A model generated the notes under the pieces. It saw only the letters and a list, made by a program, of their open reading frames with translations. It was not told where the DNA came from and did no database searches. From assembly GCA_947445215.1 (NCBI GenBank), contig CANFDA010000001.1, positions 1 to 60,373 of the forward strand: a stretch of DNA of 60,373 bases, in the 5' to 3' direction. Origin of the DNA: Alphaproteobacteria bacterium (GTDB lineage: Bacteria; Pseudomonadota; Alphaproteobacteria; Micropepsales; Micropepsaceae). Shown here one piece after another: positions 52,821 through 60,373 of this stretch. Positions within the stretch are counted from its first letter, which is position 1. The number at the start of each line of letters is the position of its first letter. The position numbers and the translations under genes are program-made.

Positions 52821-52956
52821 ACCCCCATCCGTCGCAACTCGGGTTTGCCAAGAGGCAAACACCTCTTTGCGCCACCTTCCCCCTTCCTGATGCTTGGCAT
52901 CGAAGTGGGAAGGAAGCTGGTGGATGTTGCGAGTCGCCCGGCGGAATGCCGGGCTC
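52821..52956 (-). repeat. Family A repeat, full-length
   Basis: Reverse complement GAGCCCGGCATTCCGCCGGGCGAC..CCTTCCCACTTC..GAAGGGGGAAGG..GTTGCGACGGATGGGGGT. Confidence 0.85.
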
Positions 52957-52968
52957 GAGCCTGGAAAG

Positions 52969-54180
52969 CTAAGCGTTGACGAGTTCGATCTGCACCACAT
53001 CGGTGCGGGAAACCTCAAACGCCGCGGCGCAGATGCCGAGATAGTACTCCCAGTTGCGCAGGAATTTCTCATCATGGCCCAGCGCCTTGATGGCGCTTTC
53101 CTGACGCCGAATCTCCACCAGCCATTCGCGCAGCGTCCGCGCATAATCCTTGCCGAAGCCGAAGGCGCCCGCGAATTTAAGTCCCGCTTTGTCGGCCTCC
53201 TCGCGGAAACAATCCAGCGAGGGCAGCATGCCGCCGGGAAAGACATAGTGGCGAATGAAATCGCTGCCGGTGCGGTAACCGTCGAACAGCTCGTCGCGGA
53301 TGGTGATGGTCTGGATCACGGCGCGGCCGCCGCGCTTCAGGCGCTCCGCCACGGTCTGGAAATAGGCAGGCCAGTAATGCTCGCCCACCGCCTCGAACAT
53401 CTCGATCGAAACAATATTGTCGAAACGGCCGCCGCACTTGCGATAATCCTGGAGGCGAATTTCTGCGTTGCTGTTCTTCAGCCGCTCGGTGGCGAAGCCA
53501 TGCTGGGCGGGCGAGATGGTGAGGCCCGTCACCTTGTGGCCGTCGGCGCAGGCGCGCTCGGCGAAGCCGCCCCAGCCGCAGCCGATCTCCAGAACATCGG
53601 TCTTGGCTTCGGTGAATTTGGAGATGATGCGCTCATACTTGTTCTGCTGGGCGCGATACAGGTCGCCCGTGTCGCGGTAGAGCGCCGAGGAATAGGTCAT
53701 GCTCTTGTCGAGCCACAGTGAATAGAAATCGTTGCCGACGTCGTAATGCGCCTTGATGTTGCGGGCCGAGCCCGCAACGGAATTGCGCCGCACAATGGCG
53801 TTGTGAATGACGAAGCCGATGCGGTTAAAGATGTTGCCATCGGAGAAATTGTCGAAATGATCTAGGTTGAGCAGGAACAGGCTCACCAGATTTTCGACGC
53901 TGTCGGTGCTCCAACTGCCAGAGATATATTCCTCGCCCAGGCCGATATCGCCGCGTGCCATGATCCGGCGCAGCACATCCCAGTTCGTTATGGCGAAGCG
54001 GGCGTTCGGCCCCGGGTTGCGGCCCCGGGCGATAGTGATCTCGCCATTGGGGGCGATGAATTCCATCGTGCCGCTGTCGATGCGGGCCAGCGCCTTGCGC
54101 CAGCTTTTCTCGACAAAATATGCAGGTATCAATGACAACGTCGCCCCCACGCAAAGAAGAAAAAGTCTAGCGCGGGACAA
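52969..54180 (-). CDS. Cyclopropane/methyl fatty-acyl phospholipid synthase family (Cfa/UfaM-like)
   Basis: NIKAHYDVGNDFY.LWLD.SMTYS, LEIGCGWG, QDYR, SIEMFEAVG, FPGG; start uncertain. Confidence 0.92.
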   Translation of the reverse strand: MSRARLFLLCVGATLSLIPAYFVEKSWRKALARIDSGTMEFIAPNGEITIARGRNPGPNARFAITNWDVLRRIMARGDIGLGEEYISGSWSTDSVENLVSLFLLNLDHFDNFSDGNIFNRIGFVIHNAIVRRNSVAGSARNIKAHYDVGNDFYSLWLDKSMTYSSALYRDTGDLYRAQQNKYERIISKFTEAKTDVLEIGCGWGGFAERACADGHKVTGLTISPAQHGFATERLKNSNAEIRLQDYRKCGGRFDNIVSIEMFEAVGEHYWPAYFQTVAERLKRGGRAVIQTITIRDELFDGYRTGSDFIRHYVFPGGMLPSLDCFREEADKAGLKFAGAFGFGKDYARTLREWLVEIRRQESAIKALGHDEKFLRNWEYYLGICAAAFEVSRTDVVQIELVNA

Positions 54181-54279
54181 CGGGTTCTCTCAAGCCGGGG
54201 GATCAAGTGGTCTCCGCGACAAGGCGTCCGCACGGGCAAGTTTTCGCAAGGCCTCCTCGGGCCTCTCTTTGGATGAAGG

Positions 54280-55533
54280 CTACCGCCAGGGCGTCTCAAT
54301 CCCCATGCCCTTCGTAATGGCCACGGCGCTGGCCAGCCCATCCTCATGGAAGCCATGCCCCAGATGGGCGCCCGCGAACCAGGTGCGGCGCTTGCCCTGC
54401 AGCGCCCGCACCTGCGGCTGGGCCGCGATAGCGGCGGCGTCGAAGATGGGATGGTCGAACTCGGCCTCGTCAAACACTAGGTGCGGCGGGATCTCGCGCT
54501 GGGGATTGAGGCTGACGAACAGCGGCCGGGCCGGATCGATCCCCTGCAGCAGGTTCATCCAGTAGGTGACGGTGATCTTGGGATGAAAGCCACCATTAGA
54601 TTGATAGACCCAGCTCGCCCAGCAGCGCTTGCGCCGCGGCATTAAGCTTTCGTCTCGGTGCAGCACAGCGCGATTCTTCTGATAGTGGAAGCAGGACAAG
54701 GCCGCCCGCTCTTCATTATCCGCGTCCGTAAGCAGCTTCAGGGTCTCGTCGCCATGGGCGGCCATCACCACTTCGTCATAGGTTTCGCAGCCGCCCTGCG
54801 TGTCGCGCACCGTCACGCCATTGGCGCTGCGCATAACCGCCACGGCGCCGCAATTAGTGCGGATGAGATCCGCGAAGGGCGCGGTCAGGCGGTGCACATA
54901 TTCCTGTGAGCCGCCGGTGACGGTGACCCATTGCGGCTGGCCCGAAGCAGACAGCAGGTGATGGTTGACGAAAAAGCGGATCAGGCTGTGGGCGGGGAAG
55001 CGCAGCATCTCGGCGGGCGGGCAGCTCCAGATCGCGCCCGCCATCGGCAGCAGGTAATAGCAGCGGAACCACTCGCCCAGCCCCAGATGCGAGATTAGGT
55101 CGTCGAGCGAGAAGCCGGGATGGCGCTCCGACGCGGCCTGCGCCTCGCGGTTGAAGCGTATGACATCACCCAGCAGCGCCAGGAAGCGGGGCCGCAGCAG
55201 ATTCCGGCGCTGGCCGAAGACGGCGTTGGTGTCTTTGGTGCCCCATTCCAGCCAGCCGCCCCGGATGGTCGCGGAGAATGTCATGTCGCTGTGATGCGTC
55301 GGCACATCCAGATGCCGGAACATGGCAGTGAGATGCGGATAGTTCTTGTGGTTGAAGACGATGAAGCCGGTATCGACCGGCACTTTCACGCCGTCATAGT
55401 CCACTGTTACGGTGCGGGTGTGGCCGCCGATGCGGGGTGCCTTTTCATAGACGGTGACCTGATGGTGCGGATGGAGCAGCGAGGCCGTGCCCAGCCCTGA
55501 AATTCCCGTCCCGATGACTGCAATCCTGGCCAT
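54280..55533 (-). CDS. FAD-dependent oxidoreductase (COG2907/UfaD-like)
   Basis: IGTGISGL, GGH, VDTGFIVFN..NYP, TYWMNLLQ, GFHEDG. Confidence 0.92.
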   Translation of the reverse strand: MARIAVIGTGISGLGTASLLHPHHQVTVYEKAPRIGGHTRTVTVDYDGVKVPVDTGFIVFNHKNYPHLTAMFRHLDVPTHHSDMTFSATIRGGWLEWGTKDTNAVFGQRRNLLRPRFLALLGDVIRFNREAQAASERHPGFSLDDLISHLGLGEWFRCYYLLPMAGAIWSCPPAEMLRFPAHSLIRFFVNHHLLSASGQPQWVTVTGGSQEYVHRLTAPFADLIRTNCGAVAVMRSANGVTVRDTQGGCETYDEVVMAAHGDETLKLLTDADNEERAALSCFHYQKNRAVLHRDESLMPRRKRCWASWVYQSNGGFHPKITVTYWMNLLQGIDPARPLFVSLNPQREIPPHLVFDEAEFDHPIFDAAAIAAQPQVRALQGKRRTWFAGAHLGHGFHEDGLASAVAITKGMGIETPWR

Positions 55534-55557
55534 GGCGCTATTTTTTCCTGTAATCTG

Positions 55558-55584
55558 TTACGGGAGGGTTGCCTGGCTGGATCA
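55558..55584 (-). promoter_or_regulatory. RpoE (ChrR-type ECF) promoter for the FAD oxidoreductase-cfa unit
   Basis: TGATCC-N15-CCGTAA. Confidence 0.7.
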
Positions 55585-55609
55585 ATCCATCTGGCCCTCC
55601 GGCGCGTAT
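55583..55609 (+). promoter_or_regulatory. Divergent RpoE-like promoter for DUF2177
   Basis: CAATCC-N15-GCGTAT (degenerate -35). Confidence 0.5.
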
Positions 55610-55626
55610 AAATACCGAGAGGACCG

Positions 55627-56031
55627 ATGATGCGCTACCTGGCTGCTTACCTTGCGGCTGCCCTGGTGATGGGCGGCCTGGATTATTTCTGGCTTACCAC
55701 AATGATGGGGCCGCTCTACCAGAAGGTGCTGGGTCCGATCATGGCGCCCGAGCCCAACATGAAGGCGGCCATCGCCTTCTATCTCATCTATCTGCTGGGC
55801 ATCCTGTGGTTCGCGATACGCCCGGCCCTGATCACCGGCGACTGGCGTACCGCGGCCTTGAACGGCGCGCTGTTCGGCTTCTTCGCCTACGCCACCTATG
55901 ACCTCACCAACATGGCGACACTGAAGGCCTGGTCCTTGCAGCTGACTCTGATCGACATTGCCTGGGGCGCGGTCCTGACCGCTACTGCCGCAAGCGCCGG
56001 TGCGCTGGCGGCGCTGCTGCTGGTGAAGTGA
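55627..56031 (+). CDS. DUF2177 family membrane protein
   Basis: LD..WL..Y, FYLIY, GALFG..AYATYDLTNMATL..W...IDIAWG. Confidence 0.9.
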   Translation: MMRYLAAYLAAALVMGGLDYFWLTTMMGPLYQKVLGPIMAPEPNMKAAIAFYLIYLLGILWFAIRPALITGDWRTAALNGALFGFFAYATYDLTNMATLKAWSLQLTLIDIAWGAVLTATAASAGALAALLLVK

Positions 56032-56096
56032 TCCGCTAAATGGCGGCGCGCGCCAGCAGCGCCGCCGCCGTTCCCGCCTGTGGAATCGGCGAAACG

Positions 56097-56121
56097 GGAA
56101 CCCGGAAGCGGGCCCCGAGTT
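56097..56121 (+). promoter_or_regulatory. EcfG (general stress) type promoter
   Basis: GGAAC-N16-AGTT, 30 nt upstream of DUF3309. Confidence 0.5.
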
Positions 56122-56151
56122 TCTCTTCCTATAGAACTGAAGGATTTTGAC

Positions 56152-56304
56152 ATGGGCACGATTCTGATTGTCGTCCTTCTGCTTCTGCTGCTGGGTGCCT
56201 GGCCGTCCTGGCCGTACAGCCGCAGCTGGGGTTACTACCCGTCCGGAACGCTCGGCCTGGTGCTGGTGATCGTTCTGGTGCTGGCCCTGATCGGGCGAAT
56301 CTGA
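56152..56304 (+). CDS. DUF3309 family small membrane protein
   Basis: MGTILIVVLLLLLLGAWPSWPYSRSWGYYPSG..GRI. Confidence 0.9.
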   Translation: MGTILIVVLLLLLLGAWPSWPYSRSWGYYPSGTLGLVLVIVLVLALIGRI

Positions 56305-56324
56305 CCGGCATCGCGGGTGCGACC

Positions 56325-56537
56325 ATGGCAAAGAAAAAGCTGCTTGCCGACATCGTGAACAATTCGGCCCGTTTCTACTGGATGCCGGCGGATGTGCTGC
56401 GTGATCGCCGCTTCGGCGACGATGAGCGCCACGCCATCCTGACGGCATGGGTGGCGGCGAACGACACCCATGCCGCCGATGTCACGGCAGCGCTGCGTGA
56501 ATTGGAAGGCCGCGGCGTCAACCACGCCGCGAAATGA
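56325..56537 (+). CDS. Small hypothetical protein (70 aa)
   Basis: P.DVL.D....ER.AIL.AW; operon-like spacing. Confidence 0.7.
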   Translation: MAKKKLLADIVNNSARFYWMPADVLRDRRFGDDERHAILTAWVAANDTHAADVTAALRELEGRGVNHAAK

Positions 56538-56549
56538 TTGAGAGACGCG

Positions 56550-56705
56550 ATGAATATTGAGCAGCCCACCGACATTTCTGAGCAGGACGCGCGCCAGGGC
56601 AAGAAACTGGGCGTCATGCGTTATGTGCTTTCGATCAGCCTGACGCTGGCGGTGATCGCGGGCATCTTCATATATGTCAGCTTCTTTCAGGGCACCCCGA
56701 ACTAG
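56550..56705 (+). CDS. Small membrane protein (51 aa), absent from the ORF track
   Basis: MNIEQPTDISEQDARQGKKLGVMRYVLSISLTLAVIAGIFIYVSFFQGTPN*. Confidence 0.7.
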   Translation: MNIEQPTDISEQDARQGKKLGVMRYVLSISLTLAVIAGIFIYVSFFQGTPN

Positions 56706-56709
56706 GGGC

Positions 56710-57108
56710 TTATGCACGTCCCGTAAGGGCCAGAAGGGTGCGGCTGAGCTCCAGCGGCCCGAACGACTTTTCCAGCACCAGATGGTCCTGGAATTGGGCG
56801 GTGATGCCACGGCCACCATAGGCGGTGGCGAACAGATAGGGGATATGCCGCTTGTCCAGTTCGGCGGCGAAGGGCAAGACGGTCTTGCCGTTAAGATGAA
56901 CATCCAGCATGGCGACATCGAAATCATCGATGTCCACCAGCCGCATGGCGTCCTCAAGCCGGGGCACCACTGCCGCGATTTCGAAGGACAGCTCGTTGAC
57001 CATGCCCTCAATCAGCATGGCTGCGTTCATTTCATCTTCCACCACCAGGATGCGCGGCGACGCCGTCCCCAGGTCGGGGGGCGGGCCCATTTCCGTGCCG
57101 TTGCGCAT
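56710..57108 (-). CDS. Single-domain response regulator (PFxFATGY-like)
   Basis: ILVVEDE, AMLDV, IPYLFATAYG, LEKSF. Confidence 0.85.
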   Translation of the reverse strand: MRNGTEMGPPPDLGTASPRILVVEDEMNAAMLIEGMVNELSFEIAAVVPRLEDAMRLVDIDDFDVAMLDVHLNGKTVLPFAAELDKRHIPYLFATAYGGRGITAQFQDHLVLEKSFGPLELSRTLLALTGRA

Positions 57109-57222
57109 GCGGGGAACTCCGAATGGGAAGGGAGGGGGGGCGTCCTGAACCGCGAACGCCCGTTTTCGACTTTTGTTCCTGCCGGGCTTGACTGACGGGC
57201 GGGGCGCGGCCATGGAATTTTC

Positions 57223-58305
57223 ATGATCGAACTTTCCGTCATCGTTCCCACCTACAAGGAACGTGGCAACGTCGCCGAATTGGTGCGCCGTCTGGACGCC
57301 GCCCTTGTGGGGTTGGCCTGGGAAGCGATCTATGTCGACGATAATTCCCCCGATGGCACAGCCGAAGCGGTGAAGGAGATCGCTGCCCGCGATCCGCGCG
57401 TGCGCTGCCTGAAGCGGGTAGGGCGGCGCGGCCTGGCGGGGGCCTGCATCGAAGGCATCATGTCGTCCGCCGCGCCCTATGTGGCGGTGATCGATGCTGA
57501 CCTGCAGCATGACGAAAAGGTGCTGCCCGCCATGCTGGCGAAGTTGCGCGATGGCGGCGCTGATCTGGTGGCGGGCACCCGATATGTCGAAGGCGGCAGT
57601 GCCGCCAGCTTCTCGCAGCGCCGCAGCGCCCTGTCGTGCTTCGCCACCCAGCTGACGCGGGGTCTGACCGGCACGGCGCTGACCGACCCCATGTCCGGCT
57701 TTTTCATGATGCGCCGCGACCGCTTCGACCAGATCGCGCCGCGTCTGTCGCCGCAGGGCTTCAAGATCCTGCTCGACATCGCCGGTTCGGAAAAACTGCG
57801 CATCGCCGAACAGCCCTATGTCTTCGGCGAACGCTTTTCCGGTGAATCCAAGCTCAACATCCAGATCGGCTTTGAATTCCTGGGCCTGCTAGCGGCGAAA
57901 GCCACCGGCGACATGCTGGACCCGCGCGTCGTCTATTTCGCGCTGGTGGGAAGCCTGGGCGTTGTGGTGCACCTGATTGTGCTGTGGACCGCGCTGACGG
58001 CGGGGCTTTCCTTCTTCACCGCGCAGATCATCGCCACCCTGGTCGCCATGACCGGCAACTTTCTGCTCAACAACGAGATCACCTATCGCGACCACCGTCT
58101 CAAGGGCGCGGCGGCGGTGAAGGGCTTGATCCTGTTCGGGCTCTTTGCTTCGGCGGGCGCCATCGCCAATGTCGATATCGCCGAATGGCTCTATGGCAGC
58201 CCCACCACCGGCACCTTCTGGTGGGCGGCGGGCGCGGCGGGCGCGATCATGAGCGCCTTCTGGAATTACGCGATGTCCACGCTTTTTGTGTGGCGTGCCA
58301 GATGA
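57223..58305 (+). CDS. Polyprenol-phosphate sugar synthase (GT2, DPM1-like) fused to a GtrA domain
   Basis: VPTYKE, VDDNSPDGT, DADLQHD, DPMSGFF, GFKIL; GtrA-type tail FALVG..NFLLN..TY..WNY. Confidence 0.9.
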   Translation: MIELSVIVPTYKERGNVAELVRRLDAALVGLAWEAIYVDDNSPDGTAEAVKEIAARDPRVRCLKRVGRRGLAGACIEGIMSSAAPYVAVIDADLQHDEKVLPAMLAKLRDGGADLVAGTRYVEGGSAASFSQRRSALSCFATQLTRGLTGTALTDPMSGFFMMRRDRFDQIAPRLSPQGFKILLDIAGSEKLRIAEQPYVFGERFSGESKLNIQIGFEFLGLLAAKATGDMLDPRVVYFALVGSLGVVVHLIVLWTALTAGLSFFTAQIIATLVAMTGNFLLNNEITYRDHRLKGAAAVKGLILFGLFASAGAIANVDIAEWLYGSPTTGTFWWAAGAAGAIMSAFWNYAMSTLFVWRAR

Positions 58306-59765
58306 ATTGGGTTTCACCCCCTCCGGCCGCCACGTGGGCAAGCCCGCTAGCGGCCACCTCCCCCTCTGATGTGCTTCGCACAAGATGGGGAGGCGGGGCA
58401 GTGCTTTGCATTGCTATCCTGATCGCGCTGCGCGCGGTGATGGCCGCGATCCTGCCGCTGTCGGCGGATGAAGCCTATTACCTGTTGTGGTCGCAGCATC
58501 TGCAGGCGGGCTATTACGACCATCCACCTGCCATCGCCTTCCTGATCCGCGCCGGGACGTTTGTCTTCGGCGAAACTCCGCTGGGTGTGCGCGCCGCCGG
58601 TATCATGCTCTCCATCCCCACAAGCTCGTTCGTCTGGAACACGGCATCGCTGATCCTGAAAGACGAGAAGAAGGCAGCGCTGGCGGCCGTCTTTTTCAAT
58701 CTCACCCTGATGACAGCGGTGGAGATGATGGCGGCGACGCCGGACATGCCATCCATCGTCACCGTTGCCGCCTTCCTCTGGGCGGCGGCGAAAGCGCAGG
58801 CGACGCAGGATGGCCGCTGGTGGCTAGCGGCAGGCGTCGCGGCGGGCCTGTCGCTGCTGTCGAAATATTCCGGGCTGTTTGTCGGGCTGGGCGTGTTCGT
58901 CTGGTTGCTGCTGGATTCGCGAGGACGCTCTTGGCTGAAAACAATTTGGCCCTGGGCGGGCGGGGCGCTGGCCTTCCTCATCTTACTGCCGCATCTTCTC
59001 TGGCAGGCGCAGCATGACTGGATGACGTTCGTCTTCCAGTTCGGCCGCGTCGGCGGCGGCAATCCCACCGTGCGCTATCTGATCGAACTGATCGGATCGC
59101 AACTCGGCCTCGCCACGCCCTTGATACTGGTGCTGGGCGCGATGGGTTTCTGGCAGGCGCGCCGTCCTGGCGATGATCGCTTTCTGCTGTTCGTGCCGCT
59201 GGCGGTGACGCTGCTCTATTTCCTCAGCCACGCGCTGCGCGACCGGGTGCAGGGCAACTGGCCGTGCTTCCTCTATCCCATCCTGGCGATCCTGGCGGCG
59301 GATGCGCCGAGCCAGACCAGGCGCTGGCTGGCGGTGTCAGCGGCGCCCGTGGCGGCAGTGCTGCTGGCGGCGGTCTATATCCAGGTGGCGTTCGGGGTAC
59401 CGCTGAAGAATGACCCTTCGGCGCGGCTGCTGGCGCGGGATTTTCCCGAAGCAGCGCGCGCCCTTGCTGAGAGCACCGGCACGGTGGTGACCAGCGACTA
59501 CCAGACCACCGCTTTGCTGAAGCATTATCAGCCGCATCTCACCGTCATCCAGGTCATCGATCCGCAGCGCTATCTTTGGGCGCCGGACACCGGACCACTC
59601 GGTGGGCAGGTGGTCTATTTCGCCGAGAAGCGTCGCGCCCGTCCGGAGTTGATGGAAGGCAAGGCGCAGTTGATCAGTAGCCCGATGGATTTCGGTGCGT
59701 CGGGAAATTATGCGGGCTATCTTCTGCACGCGCCCAAGCCATCGCTGACCGGCAAAGTTCTCTAA
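58302..59765 (+). CDS. GT-C glycosyltransferase (ArnT/PMT_2-like)
   Basis: DEAYY..W..L..GYYDHPP, TPD, SKY, PHLLWQ, NWP; ATGA overlap with the upstream gene. Confidence 0.9.
   Translation: MNWVSPPPAATWASPLAATSPSDVLRTRWGGGAVLCIAILIALRAVMAAILPLSADEAYYLLWSQHLQAGYYDHPPAIAFLIRAGTFVFGETPLGVRAAGIMLSIPTSSFVWNTASLILKDEKKAALAAVFFNLTLMTAVEMMAATPDMPSIVTVAAFLWAAAKAQATQDGRWWLAAGVAAGLSLLSKYSGLFVGLGVFVWLLLDSRGRSWLKTIWPWAGGALAFLILLPHLLWQAQHDWMTFVFQFGRVGGGNPTVRYLIELIGSQLGLATPLILVLGAMGFWQARRPGDDRFLLFVPLAVTLLYFLSHALRDRVQGNWPCFLYPILAILAADAPSQTRRWLAVSAAPVAAVLLAAVYIQVAFGVPLKNDPSARLLARDFPEAARALAESTGTVVTSDYQTTALLKHYQPHLTVIQVIDPQRYLWAPDTGPLGGQVVYFAEKRRARPELMEGKAQLISSPMDFGASGNYAGYLLHAPKPSLTGKVL
58315..58393 (-). repeat. 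Family A-like element inside the coding sequence
   Basis: Reverse complement CCTCCCCATCTTGTGCGAAGCACATCAGAGGGGGAGGTGGCCGC..GCGGCCGGAGGGGGTG. Confidence 0.7.
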
Positions 59766-59779
59766 ATTGAAGAAATCCT

Positions 59780-59908
59780 AGCCGCGCATTCCGCGCGTCG
59801 ACCCGCAGCATCCGCTAGCTTCCCCCCTTCGGCGCGCAGCGCCGTGGAAGGGGGAGTTGTCACAACGAAGTGTCGACGGAGCTGACCTGAGTTGTGACGG
59901 AGGGGGAT
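59780..59908 (+). repeat. Family A repeat, full-length and diverged
   Basis: AGCCGCGCATTCCGCGCGTCGAC..CCCCCCTTC..GAAGGGGGAG TTGTCACAAC..GTTGTGACGGAGGGGG. Confidence 0.8.
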
Positions 59909-59919
59909 CGTCTAAAACG

Positions 59920-59946
59920 AAAAAGCCCCCCGAAGGGCGGCTTTTT
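59920..59946. terminator. Intrinsic terminator
   Basis: AAAAAGCCCCCC-gaa-GGGCGGCTTTTT. Confidence 0.7.
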
Positions 59947-60274
59947 AGGATTGAGCGGACACCCGAGGCGGGCTGTCGAAGGGGCTGGGGGCGTTCCGGA
60001 TCGGACGTCCGCTCTATAACAAGTATAACATATTGATAATATTGTTTCTTTTATGACGCCGGATAAGCAATCCCACAATCCATCCAACAAATAGAAATTC
60101 GCTGGGCCTGTCTCGTTGACTACCCCCACCCCCCTTCGCCTTCGACGGGGTGGGGTCAACATCCACATAGACCCGCCATGTAAATGGGCCGGATTTTTAG
60201 GCTCGACCCTGCTGGCTATTAAATACACACATTCAGGTGTATATACTACGCCAGACATCAGGGCGGATCAGGCG

Positions 60275-60373
60275 ATGGCCGAGAATGCAGGGCAGTTCCA
60301 GAAGGGCGTGAGCGGCAATCCCGGCGGGCGGCCACGCGAGATTGGCGAGATCCGTGATCTAGCCCGCGCTCAC
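60275..60373 (+). CDS. DUF5681-like phage-associated protein, runs off the window
   Basis: MAENAGQFQKGVSGNPGGRPREIGEIRDLARAH (F.KG.SGNP.GRP). Confidence 0.75.
   Translation, partial: MAENAGQFQKGVSGNPGGRPREIGEIRDLARAH

Noticed and set aside
59860-60258. 132-aa minus-strand ORF
   Set aside because: Runs through a terminator, a repeat and AT-rich intergenic DNA; atypical composition.
1-60373. Apparently frequent CTAG sites
   Set aside because: A rough hand count of about 60 is still well below random expectation; it cannot be called anomalous without comparison to relatives.

Overview
GC-rich alphaproteobacterial chromosomal segment. The assignment is inferred from gene order: irr/fabA-fabB-fabI, carA/yqeY-dnaG-rpoD, metW-metX/hisC, ftsEX, etfBA-hbd, argH-lptM-lysA-TIGR02302. 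About 60 CDS, mostly housekeeping. No rRNA, tRNA or CRISPR array was seen. Core genes are intact, but many accessory genes are broken by stops, frameshifts, deletions or an IS3-linked truncation, which suggests early genome decay. I found no clear new multi-gene system; the most interesting signal is non-coding. (1) A ~140-bp three-hairpin repeat family with compensatory base changes, 6 copies, one apparently translated in frame inside a glycosyltransferase and one cut by an IS3. (2) An AT-rich double hairpin that ties the lptM stop codon to the lysA start. (3) Three further palindromic repeat families. (4) Regulatory sites: Irr ICE boxes, a LexA-type box before nrdJ, overlapping divergent RpoE(ChrR)-type promoters at a furan-fatty-acid-like cluster lacking DUF1365, an RpoH-type promoter inside dnaG, and an EcfG-type promoter. 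Also notable are an RpoD with a histone-H1-like N-terminal tail and two tandem dead stand-alone GAF genes. All family calls are from motif recognition by eye; no searches were run.
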